A stretch of DNA of 64,000 nucleotides. Origin: an uncultured Clostridia bacterium. GTDB taxonomy: Bacteria > Bacillota > Clostridia > Christensenellales > Borkfalkiaceae. The stretch spans positions 619-64,618 of the forward strand of contig CANPZV010000002.1 in NCBI GenBank assembly GCA_947589285.1, given 5' to 3'. This document shows, one piece after another, positions 55,196 to 64,000 of this stretch. The notes beneath the pieces were generated by a model that saw only the letters and a program-made list of their open reading frames with translations, was not told the DNA's origin and searched no databases. The position numbers were made by a program, and so were the translations under genes. Position 1 is the stretch's first letter. Each line of letters begins with the position of its first letter.

Positions 55196-56047
55196 TCACT
55201 GTATCTGTGCAAATTTCAGGATATTGTTGTAAAGTTCTGTATCTGCGGGCAAGAATGTGTTGAAGAGGACCTTCATCTTGCTCCTTGTGCGCATCTTCCA
55301 ATTGAGAACGGCACCCGTCGCGATCTCAGCCGCCGCTTCACGGGGAAAATTGAACACGCCAGTGGAGATACAGCAGAATGCGACGCTCTGAAGGCCCGCC
55401 TCCTCCGCGAGGTTGAGACAGGAAATATAGCAGGAGCGGAGCGCGCCACGGTCCTCCCGCGAGGGTTCGCCCGCGATCATCGGCCCCACAGTATGCAGAA
55501 CGTACTTGCTCGGCAGGTTGTATGCCCGCGTGAGCTTTGCGCCGCCACATTCCTCCTCTTTGTCCTGAAACGCCATGAGTTTGGCGCAGTCGTCCCGAAG
55601 CTGCATCCCAGCAAAGGAATGAATAACGTTGTCGATGCAGTTGTGCCCCGCCAAAAAACAGCCGAGGAGCGCGGAATTGGCCGCGTTGACGATGCCGTCC
55701 ACCCCAAGCCGCGTGATGTCCCCCTGCCAGACGCCGAAGCCGTACTCGCCGAAGGGCAGGTCCTTCTCCGTCAGGATGCCCCTCTCCACGCTCTCCGTCC
55801 AGAAGAGGCTGTCCTGAATGGTCAGGATCTCCTGCGGAACGGGGAGCGGCATCCGCCTGTTCATGATGCGCCGTATGGTGTCCCTTCTCTTTTCATAGGG
55901 AGCGTTGAACGCCGCGATAAGCCCCTGCTCCCTGAGAAGATATTTGAGCAGGTCGTTGCAGTACGTCTCTTTTTCGGCTTCCCCGAGAAGCGCGGGGCGC
56001 GGGTAGGGAGTAAGATCGATGATACTTTTCGTTTCCTGAAACGTCAT
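55196..56047 (-). CDS. Macro-domain protein-ADP-ribose hydrolase
   Basis: GDITRLGVDGIVNAANSALLG and CISTGVFNFP macro-domain motifs. ATG 56047 with AAGAGAGG SD. Confidence 0.8.
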   Translation of the reverse strand: MTFQETKSIIDLTPYPRPALLGEAEKETYCNDLLKYLLREQGLIAAFNAPYEKRRDTIRRIMNRRMPLPVPQEILTIQDSLFWTESVERGILTEKDLPFGEYGFGVWQGDITRLGVDGIVNAANSALLGCFLAGHNCIDNVIHSFAGMQLRDDCAKLMAFQDKEEECGGAKLTRAYNLPSKYVLHTVGPMIAGEPSREDRGALRSCYISCLNLAEEAGLQSVAFCCISTGVFNFPREAAAEIATGAVLNWKMRTRSKMKVLFNTFLPADTELYNNILKFAQIQ

Positions 56048-56143
56048 GGGTCCTCTCTTTCGGCCAAGGCACCGTTTCTGCCTGCCCTCTGTCCCCATTA
56101 TACGATACAAAGAAAACTTTTTCAAGACCCATTTGCAAAATCG

Positions 56144-56172
56144 TTGATTTTTCGGAAAATTTCATTTATACT
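56144..56172 (+). promoter_or_regulatory. Sigma-A-type promoter, -10 box 7 nt from ATG (leaderless geometry)
   Basis: TTGATT 56144-56149, 17-nt spacer, TATACT 56167-56172, TTGTGGT, ATG 56180. Confidence 0.45.
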
Positions 56173-56179
56173 TTGTGGT

Positions 56180-56692
56180 ATGAAACAGTCGCCTCAAAAA
56201 ACTCCCAATGAGAAATTCCCCTTTCAGTTCTCTGTGATGATGAAGTTGGTCCTCGTTCTCCTGCTTCTGCTCTGCGCGGCGGGGATCGGGCTGACGCTTT
56301 GGCAGTTCATCGACTTTTTGAAGGGACCGATCGACTCCGTTTGGGATTGGCTCAAATATATCCTGATGTTCTTCGTCTGCGGGCTGCTCTTCGTCCTCAC
56401 CGTCGCCATGCTCATCCGCTCACAGTACGTCATCACGGACGACGAACTCATTCAGCAATTCGGCCTCATCAAGACGCGCTACTCCCTCAAAAAGATCCGC
56501 TCCGTGCGGCACTTCATGGGTTCGGGACGGCTCGCGGTGTACTTTGACGACATGAAGAACGAATACGCCGTCATCGTCGTCAAGGAGAGCTGGTTCGGCG
56601 ATTTCGTGAAGGCGTTGCGGGAGAGGAACGAAAATATCGAATTTGACTTCACCTCCGCCGAGGAGGAAGAGGAATGGAAGAAAAAGAAATAA
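56180..56692 (+). CDS. Membrane protein with bacterial PH (bPH_2-like) domain
   Basis: 170 aa from internal ATG 56180. Two TM helices, then YVITDDELIQQFGLIKTRYSLKKI and an acidic/basic tail. Confidence 0.6.
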   Translation: MKQSPQKTPNEKFPFQFSVMMKLVLVLLLLLCAAGIGLTLWQFIDFLKGPIDSVWDWLKYILMFFVCGLLFVLTVAMLIRSQYVITDDELIQQFGLIKTRYSLKKIRSVRHFMGSGRLAVYFDDMKNEYAVIVVKESWFGDFVKALRERNENIEFDFTSAEEEEEWKKKK

Positions 56693-56747
56693 AAAAACCG
56701 TCGCCCCGAACTTGACAAAAGGGCGGCGTTTTTTTATGCGATAGATT

Positions 56748-57545
56748 TCATTCCCCGTAAAAATCCTTTTGGGTCCCCTTCCATATCTTCGCGGCAAAGT
56801 GCATGCGCCACGACAGAGGAATGAGGTGGGAGCCGAAGTTCGTCAGCTTGTTCCAGGACCCGATGATGACGCGCATCTTGTTCTTGCGGACGGCGTTCAT
56901 GGCCCTCAGCGCGACCTTCTTCGGGGGCAGAACGGTCAGGCGGCTGTACCCTCCGTGCGCGTCGATGCTCCTTGTGATGTCCTCCCGCGTCCGCATGCTC
57001 CCGGGGAGTACGACGGTCACCTTCGCCCGTCCTTTCAGTTCGGTGCGGAGGGCCATGCAGAAGTACTCAAGCCCCTTCTTCGTGGCGGCGTACAGCGCGA
57101 AATACGGCTCGGGCAGGATGCTCGTCACGCTCCCGATGCAGAGGATCTCCGTATTTCCGTCCAGCGGCGACCTGCTGAGGAAGCTCCTGATAAGGGAGGC
57201 CGCTCCCTCGAAATTGACCCTCATCTGCGTGAGGATCCGCCCCTCGTCATACTGTTCAAAGGGCATCTGCGTGTCCACGCCCGCGACATAGATGAGGCGG
57301 TCGAATATGATGCCCCTGCCGTCGGCGTATTCAAAGAGAGCCGCGCGGCTCGCCTCGCTCCGCAGATCGCACGGAAAGACCTCCGTCTCAAGGGCGGGAT
57401 ATTTTCCTTTCAAAGAGGCTTGAAGTGCGGTCAAACGTTCTTCGCTCCTCCCCGTGAGAAAGAGCGGCGAGCCACTCTCGGCGAGAATTTCCGTGAACGC
57501 GCCGCCAAGCCCCCCGCACGCACCCGTGATGAGCGTATAATTCAT
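56748..57545 (-). CDS. Short-chain dehydrogenase/reductase (SDR)
   Basis: TGACGGLGGAF cofactor motif, YAATKKG (YxxxK) catalytic motif. Confidence 0.85.
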   Translation of the reverse strand: MNYTLITGACGGLGGAFTEILAESGSPLFLTGRSEERLTALQASLKGKYPALETEVFPCDLRSEASRAALFEYADGRGIIFDRLIYVAGVDTQMPFEQYDEGRILTQMRVNFEGAASLIRSFLSRSPLDGNTEILCIGSVTSILPEPYFALYAATKKGLEYFCMALRTELKGRAKVTVVLPGSMRTREDITRSIDAHGGYSRLTVLPPKKVALRAMNAVRKNKMRVIIGSWNKLTNFGSHLIPLSWRMHFAAKIWKGTQKDFYGE

Positions 57546-57715
57546 GGTTTTCTCCTTTCAGAGGTTCTTGGTGCCCGAACACTCTTCTTAGGATCGGCGA
57601 AGCGGAAAAGGCTTTCACTGATCCGCAGAGCAACATAAGTTCTTCGGGCTTTTTCCATTATAGCATACTTTGGCGAGGCGGACAAAAGATTTTTTACAAA
57701 AGTCATAAAAATCGG

Positions 57716-57744
57716 TTGCTTTTTACGGGCATTTGGTGTAAAAT
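57716..57744 (+). promoter_or_regulatory. Sigma-A-type promoter of tRNA-Ser
   Basis: TTGCTT 57716-57721, 17-nt spacer, TAAAAT 57739-57744, 13 nt before the tRNA 5' end. Confidence 0.55.
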
Positions 57745-57757
57745 AACCATTGTCTTT

Positions 57758-57848
57758 GCAGAGATGTCTGAGTGGCTTAAGGAGCACGATTGGAAATCGT
57801 GTGACGGTGGTGAATCGTCCCGGGGTTCAAATCCCCGTCTCTGCGCCA
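57758..57848 (+). tRNA. tRNA-Ser (anticodon GGA)
   Basis: GCAGAGA acceptor pairs with TCTCTGC. Anticodon loop TTGGAAA, long variable arm (GTGACGGTGGTGAATCGTC), T-arm CGGGG-TTCAAAT-CCCCG, encoded GCCA end. Confidence 0.9.
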
Positions 57849-57889
57849 GCGCAAAACACCACAAGATGTTGTGGTGTTTTGCGCTTTTA
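57849..57889 (+). terminator. Intrinsic terminator after tRNA-Ser
   Basis: 16-bp perfect stem GCGCAAAACACCACAA/TTGTGGTGTTTTGCGC, GATG loop, TTTT run. Confidence 0.8.
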
Positions 57890-58226
57890 TAATACTATAA
57901 TAAGCGACTATGCCGATGTCTGCCCGAACTGCGGTGTAAAAACCGAAAGTGCCATTGCAGACAACACGTCTGCGGCCAAAAAGACCAACGTCCTTGCAAT
58001 CGTTGGATTCGTTCTCTCCTTCCTTGTCCCCCTCGCGGGCCTGATCTGTAGCATCGTTGCGCGGAAACAGTGTACAGAGAGAAATGAGGGCGGTGCAGGT
58101 CTCGCGCTCGCAGGGCTGATCATCAGTATCGTGGAAATGTGCATCATCCTGCTCTACATCATCATTCTTATCGCAGTCGCGGGAAGCCTTGTCAGTTCTC
58201 TATCCCTCGCGGCAACGGTACTCTGA
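57888..58226 (+). pseudogene. DUF4190-like membrane protein gene with half a zinc ribbon and no canonical start (possibly 5'-truncated)
   Basis: The frame reads ...YADVCPNCGVKTE then two TM helices. It is open only by reading through the tRNA and terminator. There is no in-frame ATG/GTG/TTG between 57888 and the GTG/ATG codons at ~58131-58139 (VEM). Confidence 0.3.
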
Positions 58227-58228
58227 AT

Positions 58229-58270
58229 GCCGCAAAAAAAGACGCTTCGGCGTCTTTTTTTGCGGCTTTT
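58229..58270. terminator. Bidirectional intrinsic terminator
   Basis: 17-bp stem GCCGCAAAAAAAGACGC/GCGTCTTTTTTTGCGGC with TTCG loop, between convergent genes. Confidence 0.75.
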
Positions 58271-58282
58271 ATAAAGAGACTG

Positions 58283-59590
58283 TCACTTCTTCCCCTTTTT
58301 CTCCCGAATGCGCTTGATCTCGGCTTCGAACCCCTTGTCGGAGGGGTGATAAAAGACGGCGTCCCTGAGGGAATCGGGGAGATACTGCTGTTTGACCCAG
58401 CCGCCGTAGCTGTGCGGGTATTTGTACTTCGCACTCTCCGCCTTCATCTCCCTGCTTCCGTTAGAGCTATCGCGGAGGTACTTGGGAATGTCGTCGTCCT
58501 TGCTCTCCCGCGCGGCCTCCCGTGCGGAATCGAGAGCCATGACGACGGAATTGCTCTTTTCGGTCTCGCAGACGTAGATAATTGCCTCTGTGAGGGGCAA
58601 AAAGCCCTCGGGCGCGCCCATATTCTGAAAGGCAGTCAGAGCCGACGTCGCCATGATGAGGGCGCGGGGGTCGGAAAGACCGACGTCCTCGGCGGAGTGC
58701 GCGATGAGGCGGCGAAAGACGAGGAGCGGGTCGCATCCTCCCTCGATGAGGCGGAAGGCGTAGTAGAGCGCGGCGTCCGCATCGCTCCCGCGGAGGGATT
58801 TGCAGAAGGCCGAAAGAATGTCGTAATATAAGTCCTCGTTATAGCTGAGGGCCTTGCGCTGAATGGACTGTTCCGCGTCGGAAAGGGTCACATGGATCCT
58901 CCCCTCGCTGTCGGGCGGGGTCGTCAGGACCGCCAATTCCAAGGCGTTGTAGGCCGTCCTCAGGTCCCCCGAGGCGGTGAAGGCGATGTGGTCGAGCGCG
59001 TCCTCGTCCACCGTTGCCGCATAGCTTCCAAGCCCTTTCCGCTTGTCGCCGAGAGCCTTGACGATGGCCCCGCGGATCTCCTCCGTCGTGAGGGGCAGAA
59101 ATTCAAAGACGCGGCACCGCGAAACGATCGCGGGCGTCATGGAGGCGTAGGGATTTTCCGTCGTGGAGCCGATGAAGAGAATGGTCCCCTGCTCGATGGC
59201 GGGCAGGAGGGAATCGGACTGCGTTTTGTTGAAGCGGTGGCACTCGTCAAGCATGAGATAGGTCCGCTTTCCGTACATTTTGAGGTTGTTCCGCGCCGTT
59301 TCCACGGCCTTTTTGACGTCCGCGACCCCCGAGGAGACGGCGTTCAGCTTGATAAATTCGCCGTTCGTCTGCGCGGCGATGATGTTGGCGAGCGTCGTCT
59401 TTCCGCACCCCGGCGGCCCCCAGAAGATACAGCTTCCGAGCCTGTCGAGCGAGATAGCGCGGCGAAGCAGGGAGCCTTCCGAGACGATATGGCTCTGCCC
59501 CACAAAATCCTTGAATGTGGAAGCCCGCATGCGCTCCGCTAGCGGCTTCGCCTTCTCTTCGTTGTCGTTAAAATCAAAAAGATCCATCAT
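58283..59590 (-). CDS. rarA: Replication-associated recombination protein A (AAA+ ATPase)
   Basis: FWGPPGCGKTTLA Walker A, LMLDECHRFNK Walker B, MgsA C-terminal domain. Confidence 0.95.
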   Translation of the reverse strand: MMDLFDFNDNEEKAKPLAERMRASTFKDFVGQSHIVSEGSLLRRAISLDRLGSCIFWGPPGCGKTTLANIIAAQTNGEFIKLNAVSSGVADVKKAVETARNNLKMYGKRTYLMLDECHRFNKTQSDSLLPAIEQGTILFIGSTTENPYASMTPAIVSRCRVFEFLPLTTEEIRGAIVKALGDKRKGLGSYAATVDEDALDHIAFTASGDLRTAYNALELAVLTTPPDSEGRIHVTLSDAEQSIQRKALSYNEDLYYDILSAFCKSLRGSDADAALYYAFRLIEGGCDPLLVFRRLIAHSAEDVGLSDPRALIMATSALTAFQNMGAPEGFLPLTEAIIYVCETEKSNSVVMALDSAREAARESKDDDIPKYLRDSSNGSREMKAESAKYKYPHSYGGWVKQQYLPDSLRDAVFYHPSDKGFEAEIKRIREKKGKK

Positions 59591-60384
59591 TCCCCCACGA
59601 GCTGTCTGATCTTGTTTGCCTTCTTCTTTCCGAGTTCATATCCCTTGTTGTAGGCAAATTCAACATCTTTCAGTGCATATTGGTCCATGTCGCCGAGCTT
59701 CGGGTCGAGCCAAAGGGCGACGTGTTCGCGCATCAGCCTCTTCTGGCGGGTGGCGCGGGTGTCCATGATGTCGATGACGCGGAGGACGGTGTTGACGAGC
59801 CTTCCCGTCGGTTCCCGCTCCATGATGAGGTCGCCGAGGACGTCCACCGCGATGATGACTTCCGCACCCATTTTGTTCAATTCCCGCGTCGGGACGCGCT
59901 CGGTGATACAGCCGTCGATGAGCAACGGATAGCCGCCGAAAACGGCGGGCGTGAACACACCGGGGATAGATGCGGACGCAAGGACGGCGTCGATGACGTT
60001 CCCGCTGTTCAACATCACGGGTTTACCCTCCACGAGGTCGGTCGCGACGCAGGCAAAGGGGATCTGCAGGGCGTCGAACTCCTTTTCCTCCCCCATGAGT
60101 TCAAGGACGACCTTGCGGGCCTTTTTCATGGTCATGAGGCCGTTCATTCGGAACGGAGAGAGGTTGATCGCGGTGAGATCGCCCATTTTGAGCGAAAGGA
60201 CGCGCTCCTTCATCGCCGCAGGCGAAATGCCCGCGCTGTACAGTGCGCCGACAATGGCCCCCATGGAACAGCCCGTCACATAGTCGGGACGGATGCCCGC
60301 CTCGTCGATGGCCTGTAAAAAGCCGATGTGCGCGATCCCCCTCGATCCGCCTGCCCCGAGGGCAAACCCCAATGTTTTTTTCAT
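59587..60384 (-). CDS. Patatin-like phospholipase
   Basis: GAGGSRG oxyanion motif and GCSMGA (GxSxG) from internal ATG 60384 with a GGGAGGAG SD. The longer ORF to 60882 has no support. Confidence 0.85.
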   Translation of the reverse strand: MKKTLGFALGAGGSRGIAHIGFLQAIDEAGIRPDYVTGCSMGAIVGALYSAGISPAAMKERVLSLKMGDLTAINLSPFRMNGLMTMKKARKVVLELMGEEKEFDALQIPFACVATDLVEGKPVMLNSGNVIDAVLASASIPGVFTPAVFGGYPLLIDGCITERVPTRELNKMGAEVIIAVDVLGDLIMEREPTGRLVNTVLRVIDIMDTRATRQKRLMREHVALWLDPKLGDMDQYALKDVEFAYNKGYELGKKKANKIRQLVGE

Positions 60385-60414
60385 ACTTTTCTCCTCCCTT
60401 GCGTATGTTTTAGC

Positions 60415-61341
60415 ATGGTCCGAAAAAAAACTTTGAAATCGCTTTTTGCCGCGCTTCCCGTACTTTTTGCCATGATCTGCCTGCTCACTTCCCCGACGAA
60501 GTACGGGAGGGCGATCTCGGACGGGATCTCGCTGTGGGCGGTGTGCGTCCTTCCTGCGACGTTCCCCTTCCTCTTCCTGACCGCCCTCTTCACGCGGCTG
60601 TCCCTCTATGAGGGGCTGTCTCAAAGGCTCTCTCCCCTCTTTTCCAAAGTGTTCGGGGTCTCGGGCGCGGGCGGGTGCGCCGCCCTTTTGTCCGCGCTGT
60701 CGGGCTACCCCGTGGGGGCGCGGGCGGTACTCGATCTGCACGAGAGCGGCAGGCTCGGAAAGGACGAGACCTTTCGCCTGTCCTGCCTCGCCTCGACGAG
60801 CGGGCCGATGTTCCTCGTGGGAGCCGTGGGAAGCGGAATGTTCCGCTCTCCCGCCGTCGGGTGGGCGATGCTCCTCTGTCATCTCGCCGCCGTGTGGGGC
60901 GTATGTTTTGTGATGAGGCTCTTCGCAAAACCCGTGAAGGCCCCGCCTGTCCCGCGGGACGTGAGCGGAAACGCCCTCTCCGACAGTCTATACAACGCCG
61001 TGATCTCTATTCTCTGCGTCGGGGGCGCGATCGCCCTCTTCTACGCCTTTTCGGAGATGCTCCTCTCCCTCCTCCCCCCGATGCCTCCCTTCTGCGAGGG
61101 AATGGTGCGGGGTCTCATGGAGATGACGGCGGGGTGCAAGGCGTTTTCGGCCGCGCCCTCCCCCCTCTCCGCCGCGGCATGCTGTTTCCTCACGACGTTC
61201 GGCGGCGCGTGCGTCCTCGTGCAACAGATCGCATTCCTGTCGCGGGCGGGGGTGAAGCCGCTTCCTTTCCTTGCGGTAAAATTCATTCAGGGTGCCGCCG
61301 CAGGCGGCCTCTGCTTCCTCATGATGCTTTGGATCATGTAG
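60415..61341 (+). CDS. ylbJ: Sporulation integral membrane protein YlbJ
   Basis: Internal ATG 60415. Nucleoside-recognition-type polytopic protein (ISDGISLWAVCVLPATFPFLFLT..., GYPVGA). Near coaD/rsmD as in Bacillus. Confidence 0.75.
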   Translation: MVRKKTLKSLFAALPVLFAMICLLTSPTKYGRAISDGISLWAVCVLPATFPFLFLTALFTRLSLYEGLSQRLSPLFSKVFGVSGAGGCAALLSALSGYPVGARAVLDLHESGRLGKDETFRLSCLASTSGPMFLVGAVGSGMFRSPAVGWAMLLCHLAAVWGVCFVMRLFAKPVKAPPVPRDVSGNALSDSLYNAVISILCVGGAIALFYAFSEMLLSLLPPMPPFCEGMVRGLMEMTAGCKAFSAAPSPLSAAACCFLTTFGGACVLVQQIAFLSRAGVKPLPFLAVKFIQGAAAGGLCFLMMLWIM

Positions 61342-61369
61342 CGTCGGGAGGCTGCCGCGCGGGGCGGGT

Positions 61370-62221
61370 TCACATGTACGCGCCGATCAGCCTGTAATTG
61401 GAACAGTAGATCTTGATCTCGGCGAGGGCGGACTTGACGCGGTCGGAGGTGACGTCCCCTGTAAATTCGATGAAGAAGCGGTACTGGCCGAAGGAATCCT
61501 TTACGGGGCGGGAATCGATGCGCGTGAGATTCAGCCCGTACCGCTGGAAGATCTTCAACATCCCTAAAAGTTCCCCCGGCCTGTGGGCGCAGACCGCGCA
61601 CAAAAAGATCATCGCAGTACGCCTGTCGAGGGCGGGTTCCCCCTTGGAAAAGCGCAAAAAGCGCGTGAAATTCTGTTTGAGATCGGCGATGTTCTCCGAA
61701 GAGAGGACGACGCCCTCCCTCTTCACATGCGCCCCGACGATGCCCGCGGTGTGGGCGTCGAGCCGCTTCAGGCTCTCCGTCGTGGAGGAGGTCGCAAGAT
61801 ATGCGGCCGCGGGGAAATTTTTCTGCAAATATTCAAGGCACTGCCCAAGGGCCTGCTCGTTGGAACAGATGGTGTCGATATCCTTGGGATCCGTCCCCTC
61901 CTTCATCGCGAGGCGGTGGTCGATCTTGAGCATATACTCCTCATCGCCGAAGATGTCCGCCTCGGCAAGGAGGTCCAAAACGGGCAAAACGCCGCCGTTC
62001 AGCGAATTTTCGACGGGCAGGACCGCATAGTCCGTCTCTCCGTCCAAAAGTTTGGAGACCGCATCCCGAAAGTTGGGGCAGAGGACGACCTCATACCCCT
62101 TGCAGAGGATCTGCGCGGCGAGCTGTGAATAGCTGCCCTCCGGGCCGAGACAGCTCACCTTTCCCGTCGATTCGGGACGGTCGGCCTCCTTCTCGGCCTG
62201 CGTCGCGTATAGCTTAGTCAT
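61370..62221 (-). CDS. pheA: Prephenate dehydratase
   Basis: PDT domain (LGPEGSYS, VLPVENSLNG) plus C-terminal ACT domain (ESRP-type IDSRP). Confidence 0.9.
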   Translation of the reverse strand: MTKLYATQAEKEADRPESTGKVSCLGPEGSYSQLAAQILCKGYEVVLCPNFRDAVSKLLDGETDYAVLPVENSLNGGVLPVLDLLAEADIFGDEEYMLKIDHRLAMKEGTDPKDIDTICSNEQALGQCLEYLQKNFPAAAYLATSSTTESLKRLDAHTAGIVGAHVKREGVVLSSENIADLKQNFTRFLRFSKGEPALDRRTAMIFLCAVCAHRPGELLGMLKIFQRYGLNLTRIDSRPVKDSFGQYRFFIEFTGDVTSDRVKSALAEIKIYCSNYRLIGAYM

Positions 62222-62230
62222 AAGTTCTCC

Positions 62231-63259
62231 TTATGTTTTATCTGCAATGTCGCAGACGAGGCGTTCGGTGTCCTCCCATCCGAGACAGGGGTCGGTGATG
62301 GACTGGCCGAACACGACGTCGTGCTTCTGGCACCCCTCCACGAGGAAGCTCTCGATCATGAAACCCTTGACGATCTTCTTGAAATCGCGGTCATAGCTGC
62401 GGTTTTGCAGGACTTCCTCGACGATACGGATCTGCTGGCGGAACCGCTTGCCCGAATTGGAGTGGTTGGCGTCGATGATGACGGCGGGGTTTTTCAGCCC
62501 CCCCTCCGTCTTGTTGTAGCCCTCGACGACCTGCATCACCGTCTCGTAGTGATAATTGGGGATGTCGTTTCCGTACTGATCGACCATGCCGCGCAGCACT
62601 GCGTGGGCGTAGGGATTGCCCTCCGTCGCCACCTGCCAATTGTGATACTTAAAGACCTGCGGGCTTTGCGCGGCGAAGATGGAGTTGAGAAGCACGGGAA
62701 TGGAGCCTCCCGTGGAGTTCTTGACGCCGACGGGGAGTTCGATGCCGCTCGAAACGAGCCTGTGCATCTGGTTTTCGCTCGACCTCGCCCCCACGGCGAC
62801 ATAGGTCAGAAGATCCTCCACATAGGCGTAGTTTTCGGGATAGAGCATCTCATCTGCGGCGGAAAGCCCGCTCTCCTCGATGACGTTCAGAAGGAGGGAG
62901 CGGATGGTGCGGATGCCCTTGAGCGTGTCCTCCTTGTGTTCGGGGTCGGGCTGGGTGAACATGCCCTTGTAGCCCACGCCCCTCGTCCGCGGCTTCGCGG
63001 TGTAGATGCGCGGGATCAGTACGAGCTTGTCCTTGACCTTCTCGTTGAGTTTGCCGAGCCGCTTCACATATTCAAGCACGGGCGCGCTCTCATGCGCGGA
63101 ACAGGGGCCGATGAGGAGGATGAGACGGTCGCTCTCCCCCGTGATGACGGCCTTCGCAAGCCCGTCGCGCTCCCTCTTGATCGCGGCAAGCTCCGCAGAT
63201 ACGGGCTGTTCCGCGCGGATCTCTTCAAAGGTCGGGATCTCAATTTGTCTTTGGAACAT
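62231..63259 (-). CDS. 3-deoxy-7-phosphoheptulonate (DAHP) synthase, class I
   Basis: IGPCSAHE, KPRT, and IIDANHSNS motifs of class I DAHP synthases, 342 aa. Confidence 0.9.
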   Translation of the reverse strand: MFQRQIEIPTFEEIRAEQPVSAELAAIKRERDGLAKAVITGESDRLILLIGPCSAHESAPVLEYVKRLGKLNEKVKDKLVLIPRIYTAKPRTRGVGYKGMFTQPDPEHKEDTLKGIRTIRSLLLNVIEESGLSAADEMLYPENYAYVEDLLTYVAVGARSSENQMHRLVSSGIELPVGVKNSTGGSIPVLLNSIFAAQSPQVFKYHNWQVATEGNPYAHAVLRGMVDQYGNDIPNYHYETVMQVVEGYNKTEGGLKNPAVIIDANHSNSGKRFRQQIRIVEEVLQNRSYDRDFKKIVKGFMIESFLVEGCQKHDVVFGQSITDPCLGWEDTERLVCDIADKT

Positions 63260-63734
63260 GGGATTTTTTCCTCAAAATATAGTCGTAGACCGCCTTGGGA
63301 ACGTAGCTTTCAAAGGGCGTTCCGAATGCGATCGCATTTTTGACAAGGGTGGATGAAATGTGCGTGTGCGCCTGTTCTGCGGGCAAAAAAAGGGTGACGA
63401 GCGCGGGATAGAGGTCCTTGGACGCGTAGAAATCGTCCGTCTCATAGGCGCAGTCCACGGCGTTGCGGACGCCCCGCACATAGAAAGGCGTATTTTCCCG
63501 TTGGAGAAGGTCCACGATGACCCCGTCCCACACGAGGACGCGGACACGGGGTTCTCCGCGAAAGACCTCTTCGATCATCTCCTTCCTCTCCGCGGCGGTA
63601 AACATCGTGTTTTTCCGCCTGTTTTCGGCGACGGCGACGATGACCTCGTCAAAGAGGGTGAGGCTCTTTTTTACGGTGTCGGCATGTCCGACGGTGAAGG
63701 GGTCGAACGTCCCCGCAAAGATACACTTTTTCAA
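63240..63734 (-). CDS. coaD: Pantetheine-phosphate adenylyltransferase
   Basis: FAGTFDPFTVGHADTV (T/HxGH) motif, ISSTLV motif, 164 aa. Confidence 0.95.
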   Translation of the reverse strand: MKKCIFAGTFDPFTVGHADTVKKSLTLFDEVIVAVAENRRKNTMFTAAERKEMIEEVFRGEPRVRVLVWDGVIVDLLQRENTPFYVRGVRNAVDCAYETDDFYASKDLYPALVTLFLPAEQAHTHISSTLVKNAIAFGTPFESYVPKAVYDYILRKKSHVPKTN

Positions 63735-64000
63735 ACGTCTCTCCTTTTGAGCAGGAAGATCTTCACTCTTCCGTACTCTCTCTTATCGGCAATTTCAAAC
63801 GGTGCGGAAACGGGGATCTCCCTCTCGCTCTCATAGACGATGAGGCCGTTCTCCCGCAAAAGTCCCCTCTCTTCGACGCGTCCCATGATCTCTTCGGCAA
63901 GGTCGAGGCGGTAGGGCGGGTCACAGAAGATGAGGTCGAACGTCCCCCCGACGCGCATGAGGCAGGAAGAGAAGTCCATGTTGAGGACTTCCGCCCGCTC
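63731..64000 (-). CDS. rsmD: 16S rRNA (guanine966-N2)-methyltransferase RsmD (3' part; gene runs off the window)
   Basis: FDLIFCDPPY motif. The frame stays open to position 64000. Conserved rsmD-coaD order. Confidence 0.85.
   Translation of the reverse strand, partial: ERAEVLNMDFSSCLMRVGGTFDLIFCDPPYRLDLAEEIMGRVEERGLLRENGLIVYESEREIPVSAPFEIADKREYGRVKIFLLKRRDV

Overview
This is a 64-kb chromosomal segment from a GC-rich, endospore-forming Firmicute, Clostridia-like in gene content and order. It holds about 75 protein genes, mostly on the minus strand, plus two tRNAs: Val-GAC on the minus strand and Ser-GGA on the plus strand. No rRNA, CRISPR array, transposase or integrase was seen.

Recognisable blocks:
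- Sporulation genes: spoIIIAA-AH, spoIVB, ytfJ plus a DUF2953 gene, yabP-yabQ-divIC, ylbJ, sigH and two DD-carboxypeptidases.
- scpA-scpB, and the run recN-argR-nadK-tlyA-dxs-ispA-folD-nusB-asp23.
- typA, folA-thyA, gltX-panE-aroK, and secG-rnr-smpB.
- gpsA, recR-ybaB-dnaX, and mrnC-rlmB-sigH.
- glpK, glmM-glmS, rarA, and rsmD-coaD-DAHP synthase-pheA.

Observations not explained by ordinary annotation:
1. A roughly 27-nt motif built from two overlapping palindromes (consensus ATTATGTCTGACATAGTACTATGYAAA) occurs eight times, always in the same orientation. Five copies lie 0-21 nt downstream of a stop codon. Three lie inside dxs, spoIIIAE and glmS with the reading frames kept open.
2. A lower-GC hipBA toxin-antitoxin cassette is bracketed by a 56-bp direct repeat. 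The repeat is a duplicate of the spoIVB 3' coding end, and the two copies differ only at synonymous positions.
3. At least nine genes have a near-consensus sigma-A promoter whose -10 box lies 6-10 nt from the ATG, with no Shine-Dalgarno sequence. This geometry implies leaderless mRNAs.

All calls come from reading the sequence and the ORF track. No database search was run.
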